From the NCBI RefSeq assembly GCF_009914755.1, contig NC_060929.1: 64,000 nucleotides of DNA. One strand, given 5' to 3'. How positions within the stretch are numbered: position 1 is the stretch's first letter; each line of letters opens with the position of its first letter. Position numbers and translations under genes: made by a program. The DNA comes from the human T2T-CHM13v2.0 reference genome, Homo sapiens. This document shows positions 44,620-60,550 of the stretch, one piece after another. The notes beneath the pieces are model-generated. The model made no database searches. It worked only from the letters and a program-made list of their open reading frames with translations, and was not told where the DNA came from.

Positions 44620-46601
44620 TATTTATGGATCATTCTTGGGTGTTTCTCGGAGAGGGGGATGTGGCAGGGTCATAGGATAATAGTGGAGAGAAGGTCAGCA
44701 GATAAACACGTGAACAAAGGTCTCTGGTTTTCCTAGGCAGAGGTCCCTGCGGACTTCAGCAGTGTTTGTGTCCCTGGGTACTTGAGATTAGGGAGTGGTG
44801 ATGACTCTTAACGAGCATGCTGCCTTCAGGCATCTGTTTAACAAAGCACATCTTGCACCGCCCTTAATCCATTTAACCCTGAGTTGACACAGCACATGTT
44901 TCAGAGAGCACGGGGTTGGGGGTAAGGTTATAGATTAACAGCATCCCAAGGCAGAATAATTTTTCTTAGTACAGAACAAAATGGAGTCTCCTGTGTCTAC
45001 TTCTTTCTACACAGACACAGTAACAATCTGATCTCTCTTTCTTTTCCCCACATTTCCCCCTTTTCTTTTCGACAAAACCGCCTTCGTCATCATGGCCCTT
45101 TCTCGATGGTCACTGTCTCTTTGGAGCTGTTGGGTACACCTCCCAGATGGGGCAGCTGGGCAGAGGCGCTCCTCACATCCCAGACGATGGGCAGCCGGGC
45201 AGAGGCGCTCCTCCCCTCCCAGACGGGGCGGCCAGGCAGAGGCGCTCCCCACCTCCCAGACGGGGTGGCGGCTGGGCAGAGGCGCTCCCCACCTCCCAGA
45301 CAGGGGCAGCGGCCAGGCAGAGGCGCTCCCCACCTCCCAGATGGGGTGGCGGCCGGGCAGAGGTGCTCCCCACCTCCCAGACAGGGGCAGCGGCCAGGCA
45401 GAGGCGCTCCCCACCTCCCAGACGGGGCGGCGGCCGGGCAGAGGCGCTCCTCACTTCTCAGACGGGGTGGCCGGGCAGAGGCGTTCCTCAGTTCCCAGAC
45501 AGGTCGGCCGGGCAGAGGCGCTCCTCAGTTCCCAGACAGGGTGGCGGCCGGGCAGACGCACTCCTCACATCCCAGACGGGACAGCTGGGCAGAGGTGCTC
45601 CTCACATCCCAGATGATGGGCGGCCGGGCAGAGGTGCTCCTCATCTCCCAGACGGGGCGGCCGGGCAGAGACACTCCTCACTTCCCAGATGGGGCAGCCG
45701 GGCAGAGACGCTCCTCACTTCCCAGATGGGGTGGCCGGGCAGAGGTGCTCCTCACTTCCCAGACGGGGCGGCCAGTCAGAGGCTCTCCTCACATCCCAGA
45801 CAGGGTGGTGGCCAGGAAAAGGCGCTCCTCACTTCCCAGACGGGGTGACGGCCGGGCAGAGGCGCTCCTCACTTCCCAGATGAGGTGGCGGCCGGGCAGA
45901 GATGCTCCTCACCTCCCAGACGGGGTGGTGGCTGGGCATAGGAACTCCTCACATCCCAGATGGGGTGGCCGGGCAGAGGCGCTCCTCACTTCCCAGATGA
46001 TGGGTGGCCAGACAGAGACACTCCTCACTTCCTAGATGGGGTAGCGGCTGGGCAGAGGCGCTCCCTCACTTCCCAGATGGGGCGGCAGGGCAGAGGGGCT
46101 CCTCACATCCCAGACAATGGGCGGCCAGGCAGAGATGCTCCTCACTTCCTAGATGGGGTGGCGGCTGGGCAGAGGCTGTAATCTTAGCACTTTCAGAGGC
46201 CAAAGCAGGCGGCTGGGAGGTGGAGGTTGTAGCGAGCCGAGATCACGCCACTGCACTCCAGCTTGGGCAACATTGAGCATTGAGTGAGCGAGACTCCGTC
46301 TGCAATCCCAGCACCTCGGGAAGCCGAGGCAGGCAGATCACTCAAGGTCAAGAGCTGGAGACCAGCCCAGTCAACACGGCGAAACCCCGTCTCCACCAAA
46401 AATACAAAAACCAGTCAGGTGTGGTGGTGCATGCCTGCAATCCCAGGCACTCGGCAGGCCGAGGCAGGAGAATCACGGGAGCCCGAGGCAGGGAGGTTGC
46501 AGCGAGCTGAGATCACGGCAGTACAGTCCAGCCTCAGCAACAGAGGGAGACTGAAGGAAGGGAGAGGGAGAGGGAGAGAGAGAGGGAGAGGGAGAGGGAG
46601 A
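44588..46601 (-). mobile_element. Full-length SVA retrotransposon (older SVA_A/B-like)
   Basis: In element order: (CCCTCT)n hexamers ~46555-46601, Alu-like region ~46176-46550, GC-rich VNTR ~45125-46175, SINE-R ~44618-45125, poly-A; TSD gctgtttcctgacttttt at 44575-44592 and 46602-46619. Confidence 0.96.
45125..46175. repeat. SVA VNTR (~37-43 bp units, gggcagaggcgctcctcacttcccagacggg)
   Basis: Tandem degenerate GC-rich units; the source of the overlapping repetitive ORFs at 45.0-46.3 kb. Confidence 0.95.
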
Positions 46602-46772
46602 GCTGTTTCCTGACTTTTTAATGATCACCATTCTAACTGGTGTGAGATGGTATCTCATTGTGGTTTTGATTTGCACTTCTCTGATGGCCAGTGATGATGA
46701 GCATCTTTTCATGTGTTTTTTGGTTGCATAAATGTCTTCTTTTGAGAAGTGTCTGTTCATATCCTTTGCTCA

Positions 46773-48335
<1,563 letters not shown>

Positions 48336-48338
48336 TCA

Positions 48339-49202
<864 letters not shown>

Positions 49203-51649
49203 CTAGTAGTCATTCAGGAGCAGGTTGTTCAGTTTCCATGTAGTTGAGCAGTTTTGAGTGAGTTTCTTAATCCTGAGTTCTAGTTTGATTGCACTATGGT
49301 CTGAGAGACAGTTTGTTATAATTTCTGTTCTTTTACATTTGCTGAGGAGTGCTTTACTTCCAACTATGTGGTCAATTTTGGAATAGGTGTGGTGTGGTGC
49401 TGAAAAGAATGTATATTCTGTTGATTTGGGGTGGAGAGTTCTGTAGATGTCTATTAGGTCTGCTCGGTGCAGAGCTGTGTTCAATTCCTGGGTATCCTTG
49501 TTAACTTTCTGTTTCACTGATCTGTTTAATGTTGACAGTGGGGTGTTAAAGTCTCCCACTATTATTGTGTGGGAGTCTAAGTCTCTTTGTAGGTCACTAA
49601 GGACTTGCTTCATAATAGACAAACAGAGCCAAATCATGAGTGAACTCCCATTCACAATTGCTACAAAGAGAATAAAATACCTAGGAATCCAACTTACAAG
49701 GGATGTGAGGACCTCTTCAAGGAGAAATACAAACCACTGCTCAAGGAAATAAGAGAGAACACAAACAAATGGAAAAACATTCCATGCTTATAGATAGGAA
49801 GAATCAATATCGTGATAATGGCCTCACTGCCCAAAGTAGTTTATAGATTCAATGCTATTCCCATCAAGCTACCATTGACTTTCTTCACAGAATTAGAAAT
49901 AACTACTTTAAGTTTCATATGGAACCAAATAAGAGCTTGTACAGCCAAGACAATCCTAAGCAAAAAGAACAAAGCTGGAGGCATCACACTACCTGACTTC
50001 AAACTATACTACAAGGCTACAGTAACCAAAACAGCATGGTACTGGCACTAAAACAGATATATAGACCAGCAGAACAGAGCAGAGGCCTCAGCAATAACAC
50101 CACACAGCTACAACCATCTGATCCTTGACAAACCTGACACAAACAAGCAATGGGGAATGGATTCCCTATTTAATAAGTGGTGTTGGGAAAACTGGCTAGC
50201 CATATGCAGAAAACTGAAACTGGACCCCTTCCTTACACTTTATACAAAAATTAACTCAAGATGGATTAAAGACTTAAATGTAAGACCTAAAACCATAAAA
50301 ACCCTAGAAGAAAACCTAGGCAATACCATTCAGGACATAGGTAGGGGCAAAGATGTCATTACTAAAACATCAAAAGCAATAGCAACAAAAGCCAAAATTG
50401 ACAAATGGGATCTAATTAAACTAAAGAGCTTCTGCACAGCAAAAGAAACTATCATCAGAGTGAACAGGCAACCTACAGAATGGGAGAAAATTTTTACAAT
50501 CTATCCATCTGACAAAGGGCTAATATCCAGAATCTACAAGAAACTTAAATTAACAAGAAAAAAACAAACAACCTTATCAAAAAGTGGGCAAAGGATATGA
50601 ACAGACACTTTTCCAAAGAAGACATTTATGCAGCTAACAAACATATCAAAAAAAAAGTCATTATCCCTGGTCATTAGAGAAATGCAAATCAAAACCACAA
50701 TAAGATACTATCTCATGGCAGTTAGAATGGTGATCATTAAAAAGTCCAGAAACAACAGATTCTGGAGAGGATGTGGAGAAATAGGAACGCTTTTACACTC
50801 TTGGTGGGAGTGTAAATTAGTTCAACCGTTGTGGAAGACAGTGTGGCAATTCCTCAGGGATCTAGAACTAGAAATACCATTTGACCCAGCCATCTCATTA
50901 CTGGGTATATACCCAAAAGATTATAAATCATTCTACTATAAAGACACATGCACACATATGTTTACTGCAGCACTATTCACAATAGCAAAGACTTGGAACC
51001 AACTCAAATGCCCATCAATGATGGAGTGGATAAAGAAAATGTGGTACATATACACCATGGAATACTATGCAGCCATAAAAAAGGATGAGTTCATGTCCTT
51101 TGCAGGGACATGGATGAAGCTGGAAACCATCATTTTCAGCAGACTAACACAGGAACAGAAAACCAAACACTGCATGTTCTCACTCATAAGTGGGAGTTGA
51201 ACAATGAGAACATATAGGCACAGGGAGGGGAACATCACACACTGGGGCCTGTTGAGGGGTGGGGTCAAGGGGACAGATAGCATTAGGAGAAATACTTAAT
51301 GTAGATGATGGGTTGATGAGTGCAGCAAATCACCATGGCACATGTATACGTATGTAACAAACCTGCACATTCTGCACATGTATCCCAGAAGTTAAAGTAT
51401 ACTAAAAAAAAAAAAAAGAAAAAAAAAGATTGTTTTACATTTTTTGGCTTGAACAATTGAATGCTTTTACCTTCAACTGTGATGGAAAAGACTGTAGGTA
51501 GAGCAGATTTTTGAAGGGAATATCAGTAGTTCAGTTTTAGACATATTAAGATTGAGAGATTCACATGATGTTGAATAGGCAATTGAATGGATGGATCTGG
51601 GGTTCAGAAAGGAGGCTGGGCTGAGTTGTTAGCCCTTAGATAAAGTCAC

Positions 51650-51775
51650 GAGCCAGATGTGGTGGAGCATGCCTATAATTCCAGCTACGTGGGAGGCTGA
51701 GGCAGGAGGATTGTTTGAGCTTAGGGGTTCGAGATAACCCTGAGCAACATAGCAGGATGCCTGTCTCAATATATA
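51650..51775 (+). mobile_element. FLAM-like Alu monomer
   Basis: gccagatgtggtgg..catgcctataattccagctac...ggaggattg...gcaacatagc. Confidence 0.75.
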
Positions 51776-51782
51776 TATTTTA

Positions 51783-52080
51783 GGCCAGGCGTGGTGGCTC
51801 ATGCCTGTAATCCTAGCACTTTGGGAGGCAAAGATGGGCAGATCACTTGAGTCCAGGAGTTCGAGACCAGCCTGGGCAACATGGCAAAACCCCGTTTGCA
51901 AAAAATACAATAAATTAGCCAGGGCTGGTGGTGTAGGCTGCCTGTAGTCCCAGCTACCCAGTAGGCTAAGGTGGGGGGATCACATGAGCCTGGGGATGTC
52001 GAGGCTGCTGTGAGCTGTGATCACAACACTGCAGTCTAGCCTGGGTGACAGAGCAAGACCCCATGTCAAGAAAAAAAAAT
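51783..52080 (+). mobile_element. AluJb-like
   Basis: ggccaggcgtggtggctcatgcctg...gtcgaggctgctgtgagc...poly-A. Confidence 0.92.
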
Positions 52081-52254
52081 GTATATATATATATAGAAAG
52101 AAAAAAATAAAGGAATGAGACTAGATGAAATTACTAAAAGAGTAATGATCAGTACTAAATCCTATCATCTAGAGATAGGCAAGGTTAATACGACGGCAGT
52201 TTCTTCTTCAGATTTCTCTTTCTTGTATGTAATTAAATAATACAATGTATGCCT

Positions 52255-52710
52255 TTGTTACAATCACAATAATGCTTCATAATACACCAACTAACATTCA
52301 ATGGCTTATAACACAGGTTTATTTTTCTTGCGCGTGGGTCTATGATTTGGCTTGAGTACCTTTTCTTAGATGGTGGGTTAATTTGTCTTGGTTCAAGATT
52401 TGGGTTGGTTTCATTCTGCTTCACTTGTTTTTACATTCCTCTTAAATCAGCAGTTTCCCAGGACATATTTTTCTTGTGGCAATAGCAGAAATGAAAGTGT
52501 GTGAGCAGAACCATGTAATGCCTCTTAAGGGCTTGGCTTAGAACTGACACATTGTCAGTTTTGCCTCCATTCCCTTGGCCAAAACAAATCAAATGGTCAA
52601 GCTGAAGATTAATGGTGATGGGAAATGCACTCTCCCGACTCCAGTGTACTACAAGGTCACATGGCAAAGGAGAAGTGAAGAATTGAAATGATAATCAAAC
52701 CTAACATAAT
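52255..52710 (-). mobile_element. Old MaLR LTR (MLT1-like)
   Basis: caatggcttataacac.ggtttattt...ccattcccttggccaaaacaaatca.atgg...aaggtcacatggcaaagg. Confidence 0.5.
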
Positions 52711-52788
52711 ATATAACACAGAATTTCATGTATTGTTTACATAAATGGGATGACAACATATATACCTTTTGTACACCTTTTCAGTACA

Positions 52789-55279
52789 CAGACATGCCCC
52801 TGGGATAATGTGAGTTTGTTTCAGACCATTGCAATAAAGTGACTATTGCAATAAAGCAAGTCACATGAGGTTTTTGGTTTCTAAGTGCATTATAAAAATT
52901 ATGTTTATACCATAATGTAGTCTAGTGTGCAATAGTATTATGTCTAAAAGACAATGTACATACCTTAATTAAAAATACTTTATAGCTAAAAATGCTAATG
53001 ATCATCTGAGCCATCAGTGAGTTGGCATCTTTTTTGGTGGAGGGTCTTGCCTCAATGTTGATGTTTGCTGATTGATCAGGTGGTGGTTGTTGAAGGCTGG
53101 AGTGGCTGTGGCAATTTTTAAAAATAAGACAACAATAAAGTTTGCTGCATCAAAGGACTGTTCCATTCATGAAAGATTTCTCTGTAGCATGTGATGCTGT
53201 TTGATAGCATTTTACCCACAGTAGAACTTCTTTCAAAATTGGAGTCAATCCTCTCAAACCCTGCTGCTTATTTATCAAGTTTACAAAATATTCTAAACCC
53301 TTAGTTGTCATTTCAACAATGTTCATAGCATCTTCATCAGGAGTAGATTCCATCTCAAGAAATCACTTTCTTTTCTCATTCATAAGAATCTTTGTTGGTT
53401 AGTTTGATCATGAGATTGCAGCAATTTGGTCACATCTTCGGGATCCACTTTTAATGCTTGTCATCTTGCTATTCCACCACATCTGCAGTCACTTCCTCCA
53501 CTGAAGTCTTGAACCTCTCACGGTCATCCATGAGGGTAGGAATCAGCTTCTTCCAAACTCCTGTTAATTTTTTTTTCTAGAGACAGGATCTCACTATGTT
53601 GCCCAGGCTGGAGTGTAGTGGCTATTCATAGGCATAATTATAGCCCACAACAGTCTTGTGGGCAATCCTCCTACCTCAGCCTCCTGAGTAGCTAGGATTA
53701 CAGGCACAGACCATTGTAATGGCTTATTAACGTTGATTTGTGACCTCCCTCCACAAATCACAAATGTTCTTAATGGCGTCTAGAATGGTGAATGCTTTAC
53801 AGATGGTTTTCAATTTACTTTGCCCAGATCCATCAGAGGAATCACTATCTATGGGAGCTATAGCCTTACAAAATGTATTTCTTAAATAAGACTTCAAAGC
53901 CAAAATTACTCCTTGATCTGAAGAATGGATATTTTGTTAGCAGGTGTGAAAACAACATTAATCTCCTTGTACATCCCTGCCAGAGCTCTTAGGTGACCAG
54001 GTGCTTTGTCAGTGAACATTACTATTTTGAAAAGAATCTTTTTTCTCAGTAGATTTCAAAATTGGGCTTAAAACATTCAGTAAACCACGCTATAAACAGA
54101 TGTGCTGTCATCAGGCTTTGTTGTTCCATGTGTAGAACACAGGCTGAGTAGATTTTACACAATTCTTAAGTGTCCTGGGATTTTCAGAATAGTAAATGAG
54201 CATTGGCTTCAACTTAAAGTCACGAGCTGCTTTAGCTCCTAACCAGAGTGTCAGCCTGTCCTTTGAAGCTTTAAAGCCAAGCGTTGACATCTCCTCCCTA
54301 GCTGTGAAAGTCCTGGATCTCACCTTCTTCCACCCTAAGGCTGTTTCATCCGCATTGAAAATCTGTTTTTTAGCGTAGCCACCTTCATCAATGATCTTAG
54401 CCAGATCTTCTGGATAACTTGCCATAGCTTCTACATCAGCATTTGGTGCTTCACCTTGCATTTTTATATTATGAAGATGGCCTCTTTCTTTAAACCTCAT
54501 GAACCAACCTCTGCTAGCTTCCAGTTTTTCTTCTGCAGCTTCTTCCCCTTGCTCTGGATTAGGTTTTGGCTTAGGGGAATGCTGTGGCTGGTTTGATCTT
54601 TTATCCAGACCACTGAAACTTTCTCCACATCAGCAATCAGGCTCTTTGGCTTTCCTATCATTCGTGTGTTCACTGGAGTGGCACTTTTAATTTCCTTCAA
54701 GAACTTTTTTCTTTGCATTCACAATGTGGCTAACTGGCACAAGAGATCTCACTGTCAGCCTATCTTGGCTTTCAACATACCTTCCTCACAAACTTAATCA
54801 TTTCTAGCTTTTGATTTGAAGTGAGAGACACATGACTCTTCCTTTCACTTGAACACTTAGAGGCTATTGTAGGGTTATTAACTGGCCTAATTTCAGTATT
54901 GGTATGTCTTTGGGAATAGGAGGCCCAAGGAGAAGGAGAGAAGTAGGGGAATCGCTAGTTGATGGAGCAGTCAGAACACACCCATTTATCAATTAGGTTT
55001 GCCGTCTTATAGGAACGTGGTTCTTGGCATCCCAAAACAACTGCAATAGTAACATCAAAGATCATTGGTCACAGATAACCATAGCAGATATAAGAGTAAT
55101 GAAAAAGTTTGAAATTCTGTGAGAATTATGAAAATGTGACATGAAGGGAGCACATGCTATGAGATAAATGGCACCAATAGATTTGCTCGACCCACTGTTG
55201 CCACAAAGCTTCAGTTTGTAAAAATCGCAATATCTGCAAAGCACAATAAAGCAAAGCCCAATAAAAGGAGATGTGCCTG
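52789..55279 (-). mobile_element. Near full-length Tigger1 (TcMar/pogo) DNA transposon
   Basis: Degenerate TIRs cagacatgccc / gatgtgcctg; minus-strand transposase remnants ([53 protein letters not shown]); ~2.5 kb including an insertion. Confidence 0.92.
53568..53725 (-). mobile_element. FAM-like (fossil Alu monomer) inside Tigger1
   Basis: Contains the 7SL-like gtagtggctattcataggc segment found in FAM but not in dimeric Alus. Confidence 0.7.
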
Positions 55280-55894
55280 CATATTTTTTCATGTCAATAA
55301 TACTTTTGGTACCAGTATGTATTCTATTATACAGATGCACAATAAGTTATTTGGTGAATCTCCTATTTACAAACATTTAGGTGGTTCATGATTTTTCACC
55401 ACTACAAATAATGCTAAATGAATAATTCTATACGTATTTCTTTACACAATTTGTGGAATTGCAACTTTGGGTAAATTCATAAAAGTAGAGTATGTAAATT
55501 AAGGTGTGAACCTGCTGGAAATTTGGAACCATTTTGAAAAATTGTCATTCAGAGATGTTATATGAGTTTATACTCCCATCCATAGTATGCAAAACTGCCC
55601 TTTTGCCAACACACTTCTCAATATAGAGTATTAGCAAACTTTTTTTTTGCCAATCTGAAAAGTGAAAAATATTTGTTCTTTATATGTTTGATGATTAATA
55701 AAGTTGAATTTTTTTTACCTGTATGTTTGCCAATTGCTGTTTTTTCTTTTGTGTATTGCCTGTTAGTCTCTCCTGTATTTCTACTAATATCAAAATGTTT
55801 TTCTAATTGATTTTTTAAAAACTATTTTCATATTAGGGCTATCAGCGTATTGTCATTTTGTTAAAATATTTGTGGTAGTTTTTGAAAGACAGAA

Positions 55895-56342
55895 TGTGTT
55901 AGTTTCCTATTGTTACTATAACAAAGTATCACAAGCTTGTGGCTTTAAGTAACATAATTTTATTCTCTTACCATTCTGGAGCCCAGAAGTCCAGTTTCAC
56001 TGGGCTAAGGTCAAGGTGTTGGCAGGGCTAGTTCTCCTGGAGGCTCTGGGAGAGTGTTTCCCTGTCTTTTCTAGCTTTTAAAGGTTGCCGTGGCGTTTTT
56101 GTCCTGTACTCCTTCCTTGCAACACTTCATGCGTCTGTCTCCACATCTCCTGAGTCCTTTGACCTTCTTGCCTCCCTCTTATAAAAACTCTTGTGATTAT
56201 GTATAGAGCCCACCTGGACAATTCAGGCTACTCTCCCCACCTGAAGATTCTTAACTTAAAGGACATAGAATATCCTTTTTCTGTATAAGGTAATATTCAC
56301 ATACATGGATATCTTTGAGAGGCAATTATTCAGCCTGCCACA
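55895..56342 (-). mobile_element. MaLR solo LTR (MLT1C/D-like) with 5-bp TSD
   Basis: TG...CA termini; TSD cagaa at 55890-55894 and 56343-56347; tgtgttagtttcctattg...caaggtgttggcagggc. Confidence 0.85.
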
Positions 56343-56394
56343 CAGAATATTTAATTTTTAGGTTGTTCAGTCAATCATATAATCAAATATAATA

Positions 56395-56657
56395 AGATTT
56401 TTTGTTTGTTTGAGACGGAGTTTTACTCTTTTTGCCCAGGCTGGAGTGCAATGGTGCGATCTTGGCTTACCACAACCTCCGCCTTCCAGGTTCAACAATT
56501 CTCCTACCTCAGCCTCCCAAGTAGCTGGGATTACAGGCATGCACCACCACACCTGGCTAATTTTGTATTTTTAGTAGAGACAGGGTTTCTCCATGTTGGT
56601 CATGCTGGTCTTGAACTCCTGACCTCAGGTGATCTGCCCATCTCGGCCTCCCAAAGA
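56395..56657 (-). mobile_element. AluSq/Sp-like, 5'-truncated
   Basis: ggagttttactctttttgcccaggctggagtgcaatgg; ends at cctcccaaag. Confidence 0.9.
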
Positions 56658-59600
56658 ATATTTTTTAAATAGTCTTCTGCTTTTGTGTCTTATTTATAAA
56701 AACCTCCTTCACTCCAATTTTTATAGTCAGCTAAATTTTATTTTAGGATTGCTATGATTTTATGGTTTTAATGTTTTTAATAGTTTCATTTTTTTTGCAT
56801 CTAAGTCTGTGATTCATCTAGAATTTATTTTGACATAAGAATGAGTTAGGGATTCATTTATATTTTTCAAATTTCTAGCCTGTCTCCAACACATCATTGA
56901 ATAGTCTATATTTTTCTTACTGATTGTAAATGCCATCTTTATCACATGATAATTCACTTTTTGAGTTAATTTCTGCAATCTTTATGCTTTATGTTCCATT
57001 TTTCTCTCTTCCTGTATCAATATTGCAATATTTTAAAGTTATATATCACATCTAGTAAGTCAAGTTCTCATTATTTTTCTTTTTAGCGTTTTTGACTACA
57101 TTTATATTCTTAAAAGTTATGAATATATATATACACACATATTATGTAGTGTATAGATGGCATAAATGGTATTAATAAGATTAACACCCATGTTCCCACC
57201 ACCCAACTTAAAAAATAAAACATTACCAGTGCCTTTGAAGCTCCTGGCTCCCTCACAACACCTCCTATAAGAGGACACCCTGTTGTGAAAGTTGAATTCA
57301 GCATTCCCTTACTTTTCTTTGTAGTTCTAACACATGTGAACCCACTTAAAATCATCCTTCTTTTTAAAATCTGCCTCCTGCCAAGTATCTTGACTATGTA
57401 AAGGAACCATTAAGCGCTTGTTGTGATTCAGCGTAGATTTTTGCCTAAGGTCATCTCTGTTTCTGAGAATTGTAAACAGGAGATGCAATATTTAAAGTTT
57501 GGTATCCAGGCCATTTTTAGGGGTTTAAATTCTGGGTGGCCAAAACCCAATAAATGTCCACAACATTTAAGAAAGGGGTTGGTAGCCATTGAAAGTTAAC
57601 CAACATTTTTTCCAATACTGGCCAATGCTGTTAAAACGGGTTTCTTTCCTTGTATCAACATTGATATGGTTGTTTTGATGAAGTGATCTTGACCCAGGAA
57701 TGTTTTTATGCCACTAAAAGCAAGTAGTTAAAATTGTAGCTTAAAAAAGGACAGAGTAATTCCACTTCTGTGAATTCATCCTTCAGATATACTTGCATAG
57801 GTACAGAAAGAATTTGTACATGCTTATTCATTGTACACTTGAAATAATAAAAGATTGGAAGCACACAAAAGTTTGTAATAGAGACTGGTTAATCATAGTA
57901 TATTTGCACAACAAAATATTATGCAACAATGAAAATGTGCAGAACTGTATGCATAATATGCTACTTTTTATTTAAAAAGTGGTGGGGGGATAATACATAT
58001 TCTAGACATACTTACAAAGAAACTCTAGGAATTCATAGGAAAATAAGAATAGTAGTTACTTGAATAGTGAAAAGCAGTTGGATAGAAGACAGTGGTGAGA
58101 AGACTTTTCACTGTAGATATTTTTGTTTTAAAAATATGTTTGAATCAGAAGAATGCGTTGCCTATTTGATGCCTAACAGTGCTCCAGCCCACATATCTTC
58201 TCTGAACCTCACCCTGTCCTGGAGGGATATTTGTTTTGTGTGCTACTTTGGTAATTAAAACATGATGTAGTTGTTATGAACATCTCATTCAAAATGTCAC
58301 CTCTTTTGCCTGGACCAGTTCAACAGAGATGTGAACAATGAAACTAAATTTCTCCCCACATTAAGAAAGCTCTGGGTGTTTGGTGCAAGATTTTATCCAT
58401 GCACATTTTCACTCAACCGACGAGTAGACATTTACTCAGACATTCTAACGTGTTGGCCCCTTTGCTGGGTGTGTTTGGCTTTGTATTTAGACAGATTGTG
58501 CTACTCATTAGTGAGCATCGATGGGAGAGTTCTTAGCTTGGTGGCATGGCACCAGCTAGGAAGTTGCTGCAGATGTGGATCTGGACTGGGAGCTGACAGT
58601 GAGGAGGAGGTAGGGCGAAGGGCTCTCTTGAAGCCCCTTTCATTGAGACATTTAAGACTGTCTGTCCAGCCACCACTGGCAGGCTCAGAGAGGAAATTTT
58701 TATCTAATCTGTGTGAATCCTGCTCCCTGCTGTCTGAAATGGACTTCACCTTCAAAGATGTCAGAAGCAGATTAAGAATCACACCAAGGCAAAGTAACAG
58801 CAACGACTTCTATTTTTTCAAAGAGCAAAATGCTGGTTGCTAATTCTAGTCGCATACTGAATTATTAGCTAAATTTGTTTTGTTGTGTTGTATCCTTTCA
58901 GCTCAGAGGTATATTAAGATGATAAAAATACAAAGCCCCACTTTGCTGTTGAATAGTTTGAGCTGATAAATACTGGCATTAGGGGGAATGGAGGGAGTTG
59001 CTGAGGACCCAGGCAGGATTTCTGTTGTTGTTGTTTTGGTAGGTCCTCTCAGGGTATCTACAGCTGTAAAAAGAGTCTTGGGAATTGCAGAAACAAAATA
59101 TTTAATGATGTAATCCCAGCCGCTTGGGTTATTTGTTATGCCAGAAAGAATTTTCTCTGAGATTAATGGATGAAATTGTCTTATGTGTAAGAAGATTAGG
59201 TCACAGTTTACTCTAATTTTGGGGTACATTATGTCTCAAAACTGATGCCTGATGTCTCACCATTAGCAAAATCACTCTTTGGTGGTGATACTACTTCTAA
59301 TTAAAATACACATGGACATTGGACACTGATGGAGAGAGCAAGCCTTTGTTAGTGGCTGGTGGCAGGGGACTAGGTGGGAGGGTGAGTGGAGTGGGCAGGG
59401 GATTCTGAACAATGGGGTTGGGGGCGGAGCACTGAACTGGGTGAGGAACAGAATATACAGGGAATCTTCAAAGGTAAGGGGGTGGGGACAGCTGCTAAAA
59501 GAGGTAAGAGAGGAACTAAGGCAAATTTCATTTGCTTTCCGATATTGAATTTGGCATAGGAAAGTCTGCATCAAAGAAAGGGTGAGGCAGAAGCTTAATA

Positions 59601-60194
59601 TGTGCTTTTCCCATTGCTCCTATATTGCAAATTCTTCATAGGAATGTACTTCAGAGACCTTGTTTACTTGCCTGACGTATATTGTTATTAGAGATCTTTG
59701 GATATTGAAGTAATTGAAAACTGCAATGTGAGGACACACTTAATATTCTTGAGGCACAATGCAATCTTAGAGATGCTCACTTATTTGAAAAGACACCTGG
59801 GGGATTCCGGCACTTCTTGGTTCAGCTCAGCTGCTCCGTGACTAAGGATTATGACTGTAGGTATCACTGAAAAGTGGAAACTTAGCCAATTAATTTTTAT
59901 AGCTTGATATTAACAGTGTTATTATATGTGTATAAACACCATGTGCTTACGTTGGGAGAAAGAGTGATCTTTTCCCTTTAACAAAGGATTCTTTCATGGC
60001 AGTGGTGACAAAGTGGTAAGGAGTCAGTAGGTGTTGATGAGAGAGGCAACACTGGCTTTTATCTTCGAAATCATTATTTTCACTTTGCATCAAGGTTAGA
60101 AAACCATGCATAACTTTTTGGCTAGTACTACAATAGCCTTTAAATATGTAGGTCTGCCATGCAAAATTGTATGCTACGCAGAAAACAAATCCAT

Positions 60195-60550
60195 CCATTC
60201 AGTGTGAGCCTATTATGAGCCAGGTGCTGTGCTGGGTGTTTGAGATGCAGTGATGGACAAGAACAGATCCAGTCCCAGCCCTAGTAGAGTTTATAGTCAG
60301 TCAGGGAGATGGATGTTAATTGAATAAACAAAAACAAACGTATTGTTTCAAATTATGGTAAGTGCTATGAAAAATAGTTACACAACTGTATGAAAGCATA
60401 TAATAAGGAAAGGGATGTTTACATTGAGATCTGAAGAATGAATGAGTTAACCAGGTGAAAAGGTACTTGGGGGTAGGAGGTGGGAGGGAGGGCACAAAGA
60501 ACATTCCAGACATAGAGGAGTTTGAGAAACTGAAAGACTAGTGTTTCCAG
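60195..60550 (-). mobile_element. L2 3' fragment
   Basis: cctattatgagccaggtgctgtgctgggtg...cagtgatggacaaga...gagatctgaagaatga. Confidence 0.65.

Noticed and set aside
45007-46613. Long overlapping ORFs (up to 309 aa) and regularly spaced repeats superficially like a CRISPR array
   Set aside because: This is the SVA VNTR: degenerate tandem units with no unique spacers and no cas genes, in a mammalian context.
58331-58843. 170-aa ORF in unique sequence
   Set aside because: Non-ATG start, no recognisable motif and no convincing exon boundaries.
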